A stretch of 64,000 bases of DNA from Alphaproteobacteria bacterium MarineAlpha5_Bin5. GTDB lineage: Bacteria; Pseudomonadota; Alphaproteobacteria; HIMB59; GCA-002718135. The stretch covers positions 23,667 to 87,666 of the forward strand of contig PTKZ01000003.1 in the NCBI GenBank assembly GCA_002938205.1. Reading direction: 5' to 3'. Within the stretch, counting starts at the first letter, position 1, and the number at the start of each line of letters is the position of its first letter. Position numbers and translations under genes: made by a program. Under the pieces are notes generated by a model. The model was given only the letters and a program-made list of their open reading frames with translations, was not told the origin of the DNA and made no database searches. Below, piece by piece: positions 1 to 9,828 of this stretch.

Positions 1-482
1 CGGGCTTCCAAAAAAATACCTTAAACGATATTCAAGAAACCAAAAGCAAACAAAACGAACACCCAATACCATCGCTAAAAGAAAACGAACGAAAACTCGA
101 AGAAATCTACAGCAAGGTTAAAGACTTTGATCACAAAATTTTTTTAGATGGTGCAAAAAAAGCCTTTGAAATAATTATAACCGCTTTCAATAGCGGAGAC
201 AAAAAAACACTTAAAAATCTTGTTTCCCAAGATGTATACAACGCGTTTGCCTCAGCAATTGATTCTAAATCAAACAATGCAAACGCACAATTCTACTCCT
301 TGGAAATAGATTCTATTGAAGAGGCAAAAGTTGAAAATGGCAAGATGATTATTTCTATAAAATTTATAAGTGAGCAGATAATTGACAATAAAGAAGAATC
401 AATTATTAAAAACCACGACGTATGGGTTTTTGAAAAACCGGTTAATGCCAACAACCCTATATGGACTTTAACATCAACATAG
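1..482 (+). CDS. Tim44-like domain protein (5' end outside window)
   Basis: The ORF is open to the window edge in the frame of ORF 300..482. The translation ...FDHKIFLDGAKKAFEIIITAFNSGDKKTLKNLVSQDVYNAF...VWVFEKP fits the bacterial Tim44-like C-terminal domain. Confidence 0.7.
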   Translation, partial: GFQKNTLNDIQETKSKQNEHPIPSLKENERKLEEIYSKVKDFDHKIFLDGAKKAFEIIITAFNSGDKKTLKNLVSQDVYNAFASAIDSKSNNANAQFYSLEIDSIEEAKVENGKMIISIKFISEQIIDNKEESIIKNHDVWVFEKPVNANNPIWTLTST

Positions 483-485
483 TTA

Positions 486-914
486 TTGAAGTATAAACAT
501 TTAAAAAAGAGAATAAAAAAAAACGAAGGGTTTTCAAAAAAACCCTACAAAGACCAGTTGGGAAATCTTACAATAGGATACGGACACCTAATCAAAAAGA
601 AGGAAACATATTTTTTTAAAAAATCAATTTCTAAAAAGAAACTAGATAATTTGTTTGAATCTGATTTTAATAAAGCTGCTTATGATTATAAGAATAACTT
701 TTTAAAATACAAACTAAAGAAGCTTGAAGAAGAGCTTTTAATTGAAATGATTTTTCAACTTGGAATAAAAAACGTGTTAGGTTTTAAGAAAATGATTACA
801 AACATTATTAATAAAAAAAATTACTTAGCCGCATTAGAAATGATGAACAGCTTGTGGTATAAACAAACCCCGGGGAGAGTTGAAAATTTAATCAAAAACT
901 ACTTAAAACAATGA
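486..914 (+). CDS. T4-type (GH24) lysozyme, no signal peptide
   Basis: 142 aa with a TTG start. In KKNEGFSKKPYKDQLGNLTIGYGH the residues E14, D23 and T29 reproduce the Glu/Asp/Thr spacing (9 and 6 residues) of T4 lysozyme. The start lies 3 nt after the in-frame stop of the previous gene, so no upstream extension is possible. Confidence 0.75.
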   Translation: MKYKHLKKRIKKNEGFSKKPYKDQLGNLTIGYGHLIKKKETYFFKKSISKKKLDNLFESDFNKAAYDYKNNFLKYKLKKLEEELLIEMIFQLGIKNVLGFKKMITNIINKKNYLAALEMMNSLWYKQTPGRVENLIKNYLKQ

Positions 915-1447
915 AAACAAAAGATGATTTTTTCTTAGATAAAATGAAGAGCGTAAGGCCTATAAAAAAAAAGAATAGAATAAAAAAAGAAATAAAAAAA
1001 TACACAAAATACACAACCACCCTGACAAAAAAAGAGCCTAAAGAAAGCCCTGAAACAAAAAAGCATTCAGTTTTTAATATTGAAACTAGCTACATAAACA
1101 AAAATTTAAAGAGGGGCAGAATAACAATTGATAAAAAAATTGATCTACACGGAAAAACACTTGGTCAAGCAGAAAAGATTTTTGTTCAAAGTATAAAAAA
1201 CAACTACTACGAAAACAGAAGATGCCTTTTGTTTGTAACAGGCAAGGGGCTGGGTTTGGGTAAAAAAAACTCACCAACAGAGCTTCAAAAATCACCAAAA
1301 TTATTTTATGGCAAAATTAGATCAGCGTTTATGGACTGGACTAAAAAAACAAGCTTATCAAAATTTATACTTTCGGCTGAAATAGCTAAACCTGAGCACG
1401 GAGGGGACGGGGCATTTTGTGTATATTTAAGAAAGAAAAAAAACTAA
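911..1447 (+). CDS. Smr domain protein
   Basis: 178 aa. The C-terminal IDLHGKTLGQAEKIF...LLFVTGKG...HGGDGAFCVYLRK is the Smr/MutS2 C-terminal pattern. It overlaps the lysozyme gene by 4 nt. Confidence 0.8.
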   Translation: MKTKDDFFLDKMKSVRPIKKKNRIKKEIKKYTKYTTTLTKKEPKESPETKKHSVFNIETSYINKNLKRGRITIDKKIDLHGKTLGQAEKIFVQSIKNNYYENRRCLLFVTGKGLGLGKKNSPTELQKSPKLFYGKIRSAFMDWTKKTSLSKFILSAEIAKPEHGGDGAFCVYLRKKKN

Positions 1448-2121
1448 TTTTTATAAACCTTAAAAACGCTGCCCTTGAAGTATATTTCTATAGATTCTGG
1501 CAGAATTGACTCATTGCTTTTTAAAAAAATTATTTTTTCAAGATCGTTTCTTTTGTGGTCAGCCCAGATATTTGTGTAGTTTTTTATAGATATTGTTTTC
1601 ATTTCAGGTCTTTTTAAGCCTTCATCAGCCTTCATTGTATACACCCTTCTTCCGTCAACTGTATTTGAAGACTGGCTATTGTTTAAAATATTTATAAAAG
1701 AGGTAAGTGGGTCAGAATAGTCAACCAAACTGAACAAATCAATTCGAGCAAACTCATCCTCAAAAGGGGTTTGTTTGATTGTGTTTATTTTGTTGTTTTT
1801 AAATATAATTTTTACCTCTTTTTTCTTTTTTTTTGTTATCCATTTATGAGCATAACTTTGGGAAACAAAAATACCATTTTCTATTTTACCAACAGATAAA
1901 TAGTCACCATTAAACTTGTAGATAGCTGACAAAATACCTTTATTTTTTAATAAAATTCTATTTTCATACAAATTATTTTCTTGTTTTAAATTCCACACAA
2001 GCTCCCCAATCTTAATGCCCTTAGTGCTCACACTGTATTTTGATGATATTTCTTGTGCCCCAAGCACAAATGATAAAAAAAACAAAAGAAAAAAAAATAT
2101 AATTCTAAAAAGTAACTTCAT
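1444..2121 (-). CDS. DUF3108-like secreted protein
   Basis: ORF 1444..2157. I prefer the internal ATG at 2121, which gives the signal peptide MKLLFRIIFFFLLFFLSFVLGAQE. The beta-rich body (YSVSTKGIKIGELVW...YKFNGDYLSVG) resembles DUF3108. Confidence 0.5.
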   Translation of the reverse strand: MKLLFRIIFFFLLFFLSFVLGAQEISSKYSVSTKGIKIGELVWNLKQENNLYENRILLKNKGILSAIYKFNGDYLSVGKIENGIFVSQSYAHKWITKKKKKEVKIIFKNNKINTIKQTPFEDEFARIDLFSLVDYSDPLTSFINILNNSQSSNTVDGRRVYTMKADEGLKRPEMKTISIKNYTNIWADHKRNDLEKIIFLKSNESILPESIEIYFKGSVFKVYKN

Positions 2122-3517
2122 ATAAATATATAGGCTCTGATGTAAATTTTTTATCATATCTTTTTATAAAGCTTGTTTGATATTTTTTTGATAAGTAGGA
2201 AATATTTATTGGGTCTCCAATTAAAAAAAACCCCTCGCCATAATTCTTTTTTAAGTTTGATTTTAGCTGGAAATGATTTGATATAGGGTTTTTTGGATTA
2301 TGTGGCATAAGAATTTTTACCGGATAGTGTCTAAGCTCATAAGCAAGACTTGAAAACAGCATTCTGTCATTTACTATAATGCTGCTTTCTTTAGAAATTT
2401 GAACAATTTCTAAGGCAAATTCCTTAACCCCATTTATTCTATTAAAAAAACTAAAAGGATAACTCATTGCTATTGAAAAGAAAAGAAAACAACCCACAAA
2501 CCAGTTGAAAAAAAAGTTTATATTTATGAGTGGGTATTTGTATTTTTTTATAGACCTGAAAAAAAATATTAATAACGATAATAGGGCTGGGGCAGCCCAA
2601 TTTGCGTTAGCCCTAACAATAACACTTTCAAAAAAAACTATAACCAAAATTGGGATTGAAAAACTTAACAGATATAAGTTTTGAAAATCAAACTTTAGAT
2701 TTTTTATATTTATCAAAAACCCAAAAAATATAACTGGCCCCAATATTGCTATTTGTATTGTTAAAAAACCCAAGCCTCGTAATAGGCTAATATTATAGTT
2801 ATTTAAATTTGCATTGTCTGCCGTATGCGAAAAAGTTACCCAATTATTAAGATGATTCCAAAGCAAGTTTGGGAATAAAAAAACAGAAGAAACCAAAACA
2901 AACAACAACAACCCTAATGGGTTTGTTTTGAATGCTAAACGAGATTTTTTGTCATAGAAAGTCAAAAAAAACAAACAGATTAAAAAATAAATTGCAGCAT
3001 ATTTGGCCAAAAGAGCAAGACCGAACACAACTCCAAAAAAAACAAAATATAAATTTTTAGGACTAGATCTAATTATTAATACTAAATTCATCAACATTGA
3101 CCAAAAAAGAAGAAGAATCACATCTGTTGATATTAAAAAAGAAGAAAGACTCGCGGAAGGGATAATAAAAAAGACCAAAGCACAAGAAATAGAATCTTTC
3201 TTTGATAACTCTAACTTAATACAAATTCTGTAAATAAGATAAGCTGTTAAGGTGTAAAAAGGCATTGCAAAAAACTTAAGCGATATAAACTCGCTTCCGA
3301 AAAGATTAGTATACAAGCCCAAAAACCAAGCTAAAAGAGGGGGTTTGGAAAAATAACCTAAATCAAAAGACCTTGACCACAACCAATATTGAGCCTCATC
3401 ACCAAACAAACCAAAGCTTGTGTTAAAAATTGCAAAAATTTTTAGACAAACTAAGGCACAAACAAAAATAAAAAAAACCTTAATTGACATTTTTTTTACC
3501 ATAAAAATAAAAAACAC
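2105..3517 (-). CDS. GT39/GT83 family glycosyltransferase (ArnT/PMT-like)
   Basis: 470 aa and polytopic. The N-terminal GDEAQYWLWSRSFDLGYFSKPPLLAW motif is typical of ArnT/dolichyl-phosphate-mannose transferase-like enzymes. The start is ambiguous: ATGs occur at 3517, 3502 and 3490. Confidence 0.75.
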   Translation of the reverse strand: MFFIFMVKKMSIKVFFIFVCALVCLKIFAIFNTSFGLFGDEAQYWLWSRSFDLGYFSKPPLLAWFLGLYTNLFGSEFISLKFFAMPFYTLTAYLIYRICIKLELSKKDSISCALVFFIIPSASLSSFLISTDVILLLFWSMLMNLVLIIRSSPKNLYFVFFGVVFGLALLAKYAAIYFLICLFFLTFYDKKSRLAFKTNPLGLLLFVLVSSVFLFPNLLWNHLNNWVTFSHTADNANLNNYNISLLRGLGFLTIQIAILGPVIFFGFLINIKNLKFDFQNLYLLSFSIPILVIVFFESVIVRANANWAAPALLSLLIFFFRSIKKYKYPLININFFFNWFVGCFLFFSIAMSYPFSFFNRINGVKEFALEIVQISKESSIIVNDRMLFSSLAYELRHYPVKILMPHNPKNPISNHFQLKSNLKKNYGEGFFLIGDPINISYLSKKYQTSFIKRYDKKFTSEPIYLYEVTF

Positions 3518-4814
3518 ATACAGTTGTTGTCGCCGTTATTAAAAATGAAAAAATGACATCACTTAAAAAATGACCACCCTCAGCAACACGAACCAAGCCT
3601 AAAAAAAATCCGAAAGCAAAAGCTAAATAAAAATAAAAACTTTTTTTTGTAATAAAAAATAAAATCAAAAATGAGAAACCCACTGCGGCATCACCAGATA
3701 CAAATGAGCAATTATTTGTACAAGCCTCGCTTAACTTGTACCAAGGGGTAAAACTATCACCACCACCCAATTGAATAATGTCATTTGGTCTAGCCCTGCC
3801 CCAAAATCCCTTTAGAAAGACATTGATAACTATTATCAAGTTAAAAACTAAAGAAATCCAAACATAAACAATGCTTCTTATTGAAAAATCATAGTCAAAA
3901 AAAATTTTTTTAATTGGTAGTTTCGTTGAGATAATTGGGAGAAACAAAATATATATTAAAGAAATTGGTAGCAAAACATCTCTAAAAACTATTGTTGTTA
4001 TGCTGGTGCTTTGAAGCAAAAACTGCTTATTACCAAAATAAAACAAGTTACTAAAAAATAAATCAAATGTTGGACCCACAGCTAACAATATTCCCACAAT
4101 TACAAATCCTATAAAATGATTACCCAACATGTTGTTTTTTTTATAATTAATTGGCTTTGGTTTTAAAAAATTATATTTTTTTTGAAAAAAAATATTTAAA
4201 ATTTTAAAAACTATGATTGCAACCAATATGCCCGCAACAATATCTGTTGTAAAATGAGCACCAACAACAACTCGGCTGATAGCTATAATTATAGCAACAC
4301 CATAAAGAAAATATCTTATTTTTGGCAATAAAGAGCCCAACAATAATGAAATTATAAATATTGTTGATGCATGACCCGATGGGAAAGAGTGGAAATTTGA
4401 ATTTGTTGAAAAAAAATCAAACCCAAAGCCATCAACTGAATTTATATAATTTGGCCTTATCCTTCCAACCACATGTTTTATAATTTGAGTTACTATCCCT
4501 GTTGTACTTAAATAAATAATGCCTGATAAACAGAAGTTTTTTACAAACTGGTAATTATCACCATTTATTGATTTCAACTTATTTAAAAAAAACAACAGAG
4601 GCAAAGACAAAATAAACAACGCGAAATACCAAAAAGAATTACCTAGTTCAGTTATTTTTTTAAAAAATTCAATAAGATAAACAGCCCCGCTCCCGTAATT
4701 TAGGTTGCTAAAATAAAAATAAAGACCAACATCTATATTTATTGACAAGAATATACTTATAAAAACCAGGCTAAAAAAAATTAACTCAATTCTAATATTT
4801 TTAATCACACCCAT
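3480..4814 (-). CDS. Tandem PAP2 (type 2 phosphatidic acid phosphatase) membrane protein
   Basis: 444 aa. Domain 1 has the full motif set: KHVVGRIRP, PSGH and SRVVVGAHFTTD. Domain 2 has KGFWGRARP, VSGD (His replaced by Asp) and VRVAEGGHFLSD (Ser replaced by Val). Confidence 0.8.
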   Translation of the reverse strand: MGVIKNIRIELIFFSLVFISIFLSINIDVGLYFYFSNLNYGSGAVYLIEFFKKITELGNSFWYFALFILSLPLLFFLNKLKSINGDNYQFVKNFCLSGIIYLSTTGIVTQIIKHVVGRIRPNYINSVDGFGFDFFSTNSNFHSFPSGHASTIFIISLLLGSLLPKIRYFLYGVAIIIAISRVVVGAHFTTDIVAGILVAIIVFKILNIFFQKKYNFLKPKPINYKKNNMLGNHFIGFVIVGILLAVGPTFDLFFSNLFYFGNKQFLLQSTSITTIVFRDVLLPISLIYILFLPIISTKLPIKKIFFDYDFSIRSIVYVWISLVFNLIIVINVFLKGFWGRARPNDIIQLGGGDSFTPWYKLSEACTNNCSFVSGDAAVGFSFLILFFITKKSFYFYLAFAFGFFLGLVRVAEGGHFLSDVIFSFLITATTTVCVFYFYGKKNVN

Positions 4815-4846
4815 TGGTTAGGTAAGGAATTGTATAAAATCAATAT

Positions 4847-6160
4847 TTAAAGTATAAATTTTGATAAGTCCTGACTTTTAATGAGTTCCCCTAAGTTAGT
4901 TTCTACGAATTTTTTATCAATTGTTATTTTTGTTGGACCTATATCAGAGGCATTAAAACTAACTTCCTCAAGAAGCTTTTCCATTATCGTGTGCAACCTT
5001 CTCGCCCCAATGTTTTCAACGTTTTGATTTATTTCAGTTGCAAGGGAGGCAATTGCATCAACGCCATTTTCTTTAAAATCTAACTCAACTTTTTCTGTTC
5101 CCAATAAACCAACATATTGTTTTATTAGGCTGTTTTGTGTTTCGGTGAGTATAAGTTTAAAATCTTCTTTACTTAAGCTATCTAGCTCAACCCTTATTGG
5201 CAGCCTTCCTTGAAGCTCTGGAAGCATGTCAGCGGGTTTTGATAAGTGAAAAGCTCCAGATGCTATAAATAAAATATAATCAGTTTTAACTACACCGTGC
5301 TTAGTTGCTACTGCAGTTCCTTCAATTAATGGAAGCAAATCTCTTTGAACCCCCTCCCTTGAAACATCTGCCCCACTTCTTTCACTTCTTGATGTTATTT
5401 TATCAATTTCATCAATAAAAACTATTCCATTTTGCTCAACATTTTCTAATGCCCTAGCGTTTATCTTATCTTGATCTAAAAGCTTGTCTGTTTCTTCAGC
5501 TAGCAAATAGCTATGTGAATCTTTGACAGTCATTTTTTTTAATTTTTTTTGTTTTCCAAAACCCTTTCCAAAAACATCACCAAGATTTATCATTCCCATT
5601 TGAGAACCGGGCATACCAGGTATATCCATGGTTGGTAAATTTAAAGAAGCATTAGAGGATACTGGTATTTCTACCTCGCTATCATTTAAATCACCATTTC
5701 TTAATTTTTGTCTAAAGCTGTCTCTGGTTGAAGCGCCTGAATTTTTAGAAACCAAAACATCTATAATTTTTTCTTCGGCATTTTTTTCAGCTTTGGCCTT
5801 AACCTCCTGACCCATTTGAAGCTTGGTTTTTGTAATGCTTATTTCTACAAGATCACGTATTATTTGCTCAACATCCCTTCCAACATAACCAACCTCAGTA
5901 AACTTTGTTGCTTCTACCTTTATAAAAGGAGCATCAGCCAACTTAGCTAATCTTCTAGAAATTTCTGTCTTTCCACAACCTGTTGGACCTACCATAAGTA
6001 TGTTTTTTGGAACAATTTCTTCTCTCAAACTTTCGTCTAACTGCTTTCTTCTCCAGCGATTTCTTAAAGCAACTGCAACAGAACGTTTTGCATTTTTTTG
6101 ACCTATAATAAATTTATCAAGCTCGGAAACCGTTTCTCTTGGACTAAAGCTAGATTCCAT
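4847..6160 (-). CDS. hslU: ATP-dependent protease ATPase subunit HslU
   Basis: 437 aa. It has the Walker A motif GPTGCGKTE and the typical HslU N-terminus ([15 protein letters not shown]). It lies directly after hslV. Confidence 0.96.
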   Translation of the reverse strand: MESSFSPRETVSELDKFIIGQKNAKRSVAVALRNRWRRKQLDESLREEIVPKNILMVGPTGCGKTEISRRLAKLADAPFIKVEATKFTEVGYVGRDVEQIIRDLVEISITKTKLQMGQEVKAKAEKNAEEKIIDVLVSKNSGASTRDSFRQKLRNGDLNDSEVEIPVSSNASLNLPTMDIPGMPGSQMGMINLGDVFGKGFGKQKKLKKMTVKDSHSYLLAEETDKLLDQDKINARALENVEQNGIVFIDEIDKITSRSERSGADVSREGVQRDLLPLIEGTAVATKHGVVKTDYILFIASGAFHLSKPADMLPELQGRLPIRVELDSLSKEDFKLILTETQNSLIKQYVGLLGTEKVELDFKENGVDAIASLATEINQNVENIGARRLHTIMEKLLEEVSFNASDIGPTKITIDKKFVETNLGELIKSQDLSKFIL

Positions 6161-6709
6161 TTAAATTTCTATTGTTTCAGATATTATGTTGTGGTTTGTG
6201 TAAACACATATATCTGCAGCTATGTTAAGTGATTCAATAGCTATATCTTTAGCATTCATTTCAGTATTTTTTATCAGCGCCTTTGCGGCACTGTTTGCAT
6301 AAGGCCCCCCAGAACCAATTGCTAAAATTCCATCATCTGATTCAATTACATCTCCTGTTCCAGACAATAGAAGACTAACGTTTTTGTCTGCAACAATCAT
6401 CATTGCCTCTAATCTCCTTAGATATCTGTCTGTTCTCCAATCTTTTGCTAATTCAACACAGGCTCTTTTTAATTGATTTTTATATTGGTCTAATTTTGCT
6501 TCAAGCCTTTCAAACAAAGCAAAAGCATCGGCTGTTGATCCCGCAAAACCAGAAATAACTGAGTTGTCTGAGCCTAAGCGTCTTATTTTTTTAACATTAG
6601 ACTTCATTACTGTGTTTCCAAAACTAGCCTGACCATCTCCAGCAATTACAACTAAATTATTTTTTCTTATGCCAATAATTGTTGTTGATTTAATAAGGTT
6701 TTTTTTCAT
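6161..6709 (-). CDS. hslV: ATP-dependent protease subunit HslV
   Basis: 182 aa. It has a Thr-protease N-terminus (TTIIGIRK) and GSGGPYA, and abuts hslU with a 0-nt gap. Confidence 0.95.
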   Translation of the reverse strand: MKKNLIKSTTIIGIRKNNLVVIAGDGQASFGNTVMKSNVKKIRRLGSDNSVISGFAGSTADAFALFERLEAKLDQYKNQLKRACVELAKDWRTDRYLRRLEAMMIVADKNVSLLLSGTGDVIESDDGILAIGSGGPYANSAAKALIKNTEMNAKDIAIESLNIAADICVYTNHNIISETIEI

Positions 6710-6727
6710 TTTTTTTATATTTTCTTA

Positions 6728-6755
6728 AAATGGCTATTTAATTTCTTTTATCAAG
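6728..6755 (-). promoter_or_regulatory. Sigma-32-type promoter upstream of hslVU
   Basis: The minus strand reads CTTGATA-N13-AGCCATTT, against the E. coli RpoH consensus CTTGAAA-N13-15-CCCCATNT. The -10 element ends 18 nt before the hslV ATG. Confidence 0.5.
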
Positions 6756-6800
6756 GGATTTGCCTAGAATAATTCGAATTTCCTGATATTAGACCCATTT

Positions 6801-7388
6801 ATGCGCAAAAATACAATTAGCAGAAAAACTAAAGAAACTGAGATTACTTGTAACATAAATATTGATGGTTTAGGAATAGCAAATATATCTACAGGTATTG
6901 GTTTTTTTGACCATATGTTAGAAATATTTTCTCATCACAGTCTAATTGACTTAGAGTTAAAAGCTAGTGGCGATACACATGTAGATCTTCATCATACGGT
7001 TGAGGATACAGCCTATACCATTGCCCAAGGCATCTTAAAATCTTTAGGAGATAAAAAAGGCATATCTCGTTATGGGTTTTATTACACGCCCATGGACGAT
7101 TGTCTTTCACGTTGTGTGATTGATTTTTCTGGCAGGCCCGAACTAGTATGGAATGTTAAGCTCAACTTAGAAAAAGTTGGAGAAATGGACACGGAGCTTT
7201 TCCCAGAATTTTTCAAAGCATTTACCAATGAAGCAAAGTGCAATCTTCATATTGAGAATTTTTATGGAAAAAACAATCATCATATTATTGAATCATGCTT
7301 TAAGGCATTTGCACGAAGTGTTAGAGCGGCTGTTAAGATTGACGAAAGAGCAAAAGACAGAATTCCTTCTTCAAAAGGCACTTTATAA
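6801..7388 (+). CDS. hisB: Imidazoleglycerol-phosphate dehydratase
   Basis: 195 aa. [17 protein letters not shown] and HHxxE motifs are present. Confidence 0.94.
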   Translation: MRKNTISRKTKETEITCNINIDGLGIANISTGIGFFDHMLEIFSHHSLIDLELKASGDTHVDLHHTVEDTAYTIAQGILKSLGDKKGISRYGFYYTPMDDCLSRCVIDFSGRPELVWNVKLNLEKVGEMDTELFPEFFKAFTNEAKCNLHIENFYGKNNHHIIESCFKAFARSVRAAVKIDERAKDRIPSSKGTL

Positions 7389-7394
7389 TTATTA

Positions 7395-8027
7395 ATGACA
7401 AAGCAAATTACCATAGTTGATTATGGTCTTGGGAACATATTGTCTGCCCAACAATCTTTTATAAAAGTAATAAAAGATAATAACATTGATGCCAACATAA
7501 CAATATCAAACAATCCAGAAATTATAAAAAAATCTTCACACGTAGTTCTTCCTGGTCAAGGTGCTTTTGAAACATGTATAAAGGGACTTTCAAACATACC
7601 GGGAATGATAGACGAGTTATATAAATTTGCTGTTCTTAAAAAAAACCCCTTTCTTGGAATTTGCGTAGGCATGCAGCTTCTTGCATTAGATAGTGAGGAA
7701 AACGGAAAACATAAAGGACTAGGTTGGATTGAAGGCCATATAAAAAAACTTCCTACTCAGAATCTTAAAATGCCCCACATGGGATGGAATACAGTAAAAT
7801 TAAAAAATAATTTAAACTCTCACATACAACCCAAGGAAACAGATTATTATTTTGTTCATAGTTATTATTTTAAGTGTTTAAATGAAAAAAACATTCTAGC
7901 AGAAACTGTATATGGCATAAATTTTACTTCTATTGTTGTTAAAGAAAATATATATGGTGTCCAATTTCATCCTGAAAAAAGCTCTTTACAAGGCTTAGAA
8001 ATTATAAGGCAGTTTGCTGAATTGTGA
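7395..8027 (+). CDS. hisH: Imidazole glycerol phosphate synthase, glutaminase subunit
   Basis: 210 aa class I glutamine amidotransferase with GICVGMQLL and VQFHPEKS. Confidence 0.93.
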   Translation: MTKQITIVDYGLGNILSAQQSFIKVIKDNNIDANITISNNPEIIKKSSHVVLPGQGAFETCIKGLSNIPGMIDELYKFAVLKKNPFLGICVGMQLLALDSEENGKHKGLGWIEGHIKKLPTQNLKMPHMGWNTVKLKNNLNSHIQPKETDYYFVHSYYFKCLNEKNILAETVYGINFTSIVVKENIYGVQFHPEKSSLQGLEIIRQFAEL

Positions 8028-8049
8028 ATAATTTAATATGTAATTTATA

Positions 8050-8781
8050 ATGAAGATTTTTCCAGCAATTGACTTAAAGAACAATAAGTGTGTTAGGCTT
8101 TCAAGAGGGAGAGATGAAACCAGCATAATATTTAACAACAATCCTGTTGATCAAGCTATATATTTTGAACAAGAGGGCTGTGAAAGAATTCATATCGTTG
8201 ATCTTGATGCTGCTTTTGGCAGAAGAGGAATAAATACCCAGTCAATTATCAAAATTATAAAAGCTGTTTCTATACCCTTACAAATTGGAGGGGGCATAAG
8301 AAGCAAAGAAGACGCAAAGAAATTATTTGATCTGAATGTTGATTATTTAATTATAGGATCTTTTGCAATTAATAATGTAAAAGACGTTGTTGCATTGACA
8401 GAATCTTATAAACAAAAAATTTATATATCATTAGATATATTAAAAAATAAAATTATGATTAAGGGGTGGGAAAAAGAAAGCGGTAAGACGCCTAAACAAG
8501 TATTTAAAAACTACAATGATACCAATATAAAAGGCTACGTGTTAACCGATATAGAAAATGACGGAATGTTAACAGGCCTGAATACAAAAATGATATTAGA
8601 GAATTTAGAGAAAACAAAAAAAAACTTGATTGTCGGAGGTGGACTAAGCTCCTATGATGATTTAAAAAAACTAAAGAAGGCTTATAAAAAAAATTTAGAA
8701 GGTGTTATAGTTGGAAAATCTTTTTATTCCGGAAAAATTAATCTTCAAAAAGCAAAATCAATTTTAAATCAAAATGCTTAA
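8050..8781 (+). CDS. hisA: ProFAR isomerase
   Basis: 243 aa. It has MKIFPAIDLKNNKCVRL and a (beta-alpha)8 HisA pattern, and sits in the his operon. Confidence 0.92.
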   Translation: MKIFPAIDLKNNKCVRLSRGRDETSIIFNNNPVDQAIYFEQEGCERIHIVDLDAAFGRRGINTQSIIKIIKAVSIPLQIGGGIRSKEDAKKLFDLNVDYLIIGSFAINNVKDVVALTESYKQKIYISLDILKNKIMIKGWEKESGKTPKQVFKNYNDTNIKGYVLTDIENDGMLTGLNTKMILENLEKTKKNLIVGGGLSSYDDLKKLKKAYKKNLEGVIVGKSFYSGKINLQKAKSILNQNA

Positions 8782-9529
8782 AACAAGAATTATACCTTGT
8801 TTAGATGTAAAAGATGGAAGAGTAGTTAAGGGTATAAATTTTGTTGATCTTGTTGATGCTGGAGATCCGGTGCAACAAGCTAGATACTACTCAGAAAATG
8901 GCGCAGATGAAATTTGTTTTTTAGATATTACTGCATCAATTGAAAAAAGGAATACAATTTTAAGTGTAGTTAAAAAAACAGCAGAAGAAGTTTTTATACC
9001 CCTTACGGTTGGAGGTGGAATTACCTCTGTTGAAAATATAAGAAATTTATTAAAAGCCGGTGCTGACAAAGTTTCAATAAATACAGCTGCCATTAATAAT
9101 CCAAACATAGTTAAAAAGTCCGCAGAGCATTTTGGAAGTCAATGCATTGTTGTTGCTGTTGATGTTAAAAAAATAGGTAATCAGTGGCTGGTTCACTCTC
9201 ATGGAGGAACTGTTAACAGAGAAATAGAAGCCCTTAGTTGGTTAGAAAAATTACAAAATCTTGGGGCAGGAGAAATTTTACTAACCTCTATGGACAGAGA
9301 CGGAACAAAATCAGGGTTTGATTTAGAGATTTTATCAAAAGCCAATAAAGTCTTAAGTATACCAATTATTGCTAGTGGTGGAGCCGGAACTAAAGACCAT
9401 TTTTTCGAGGGAGTTAGTATAGGGGGGGCAAGTGCTTTACTAGCTGCATCAGTTTTTCATTTTAATGAAATTAGTATAAAGGAAGTAAAGAATTTTTTAT
9501 TAACTAAAAAAATTAACGTAAGAGTGTAA
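8774..9529 (+). CDS. hisF: Imidazole glycerol phosphate synthase, cyclase subunit
   Basis: 251 aa with RIIPCLDVKDGRVVKG, TVGGGI and ASGGAG. Confidence 0.96.
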   Translation: MLKTRIIPCLDVKDGRVVKGINFVDLVDAGDPVQQARYYSENGADEICFLDITASIEKRNTILSVVKKTAEEVFIPLTVGGGITSVENIRNLLKAGADKVSINTAAINNPNIVKKSAEHFGSQCIVVAVDVKKIGNQWLVHSHGGTVNREIEALSWLEKLQNLGAGEILLTSMDRDGTKSGFDLEILSKANKVLSIPIIASGGAGTKDHFFEGVSIGGASALLAASVFHFNEISIKEVKNFLLTKKINVRV

Positions 9530-9531
9530 AA

Positions 9532-9828
9532 ATGAAAAAAGATTATTTTGAAGAACTTTTTAATACAATAAAAGATCGACAAAAAAACATTAAAAAAAAC
9601 TCATACACTAGAAAATTATTAAAACTAGGGCCCAAAGCTATTGCTCAAAAAATAGGCGAAGAAAGCTCTGAGCTAGTTATTGATTATTTAAAAGGTTCTA
9701 AAAAAAGAACAATAGAAGAAGCGGTAGATTTAATCTACCACATTTTTGTTCTTTTGCGCTCGAAAAAAATAGAACTTAAAGACATTGAGAAAGAAATAAA
9801 TAAAAGAAAAAATGTACGACGAAAATAA
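9532..9828 (+). CDS. hisE: Phosphoribosyl-ATP pyrophosphatase
   Basis: 98 aa. The SYTRKLL...KIGEESSELV pattern matches the MazG-like HisE. It is monofunctional; hisI lies elsewhere at 33757. Confidence 0.85.
   Translation: MKKDYFEELFNTIKDRQKNIKKNSYTRKLLKLGPKAIAQKIGEESSELVIDYLKGSKKRTIEEAVDLIYHIFVLLRSKKIELKDIEKEINKRKNVRRK

Noticed and set aside
480-488. The in-frame arrangement of the Tim44-like stop (TAG), one codon, and then the lysozyme TTG start, which suggests a read-through fusion.
   Set aside because: There is no read-through context or recoding signal. Compact gene packing explains it.
6764-6778. A degenerate ICE-like sequence, CTAGAATAATTCGAA, in the hslV/hisB spacer.
   Set aside because: It has two mismatches to the TTAGAA-N3-TTCTAA core, which break the palindrome. 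There is no metal-related gene context. In AT-rich DNA this is plausibly chance.
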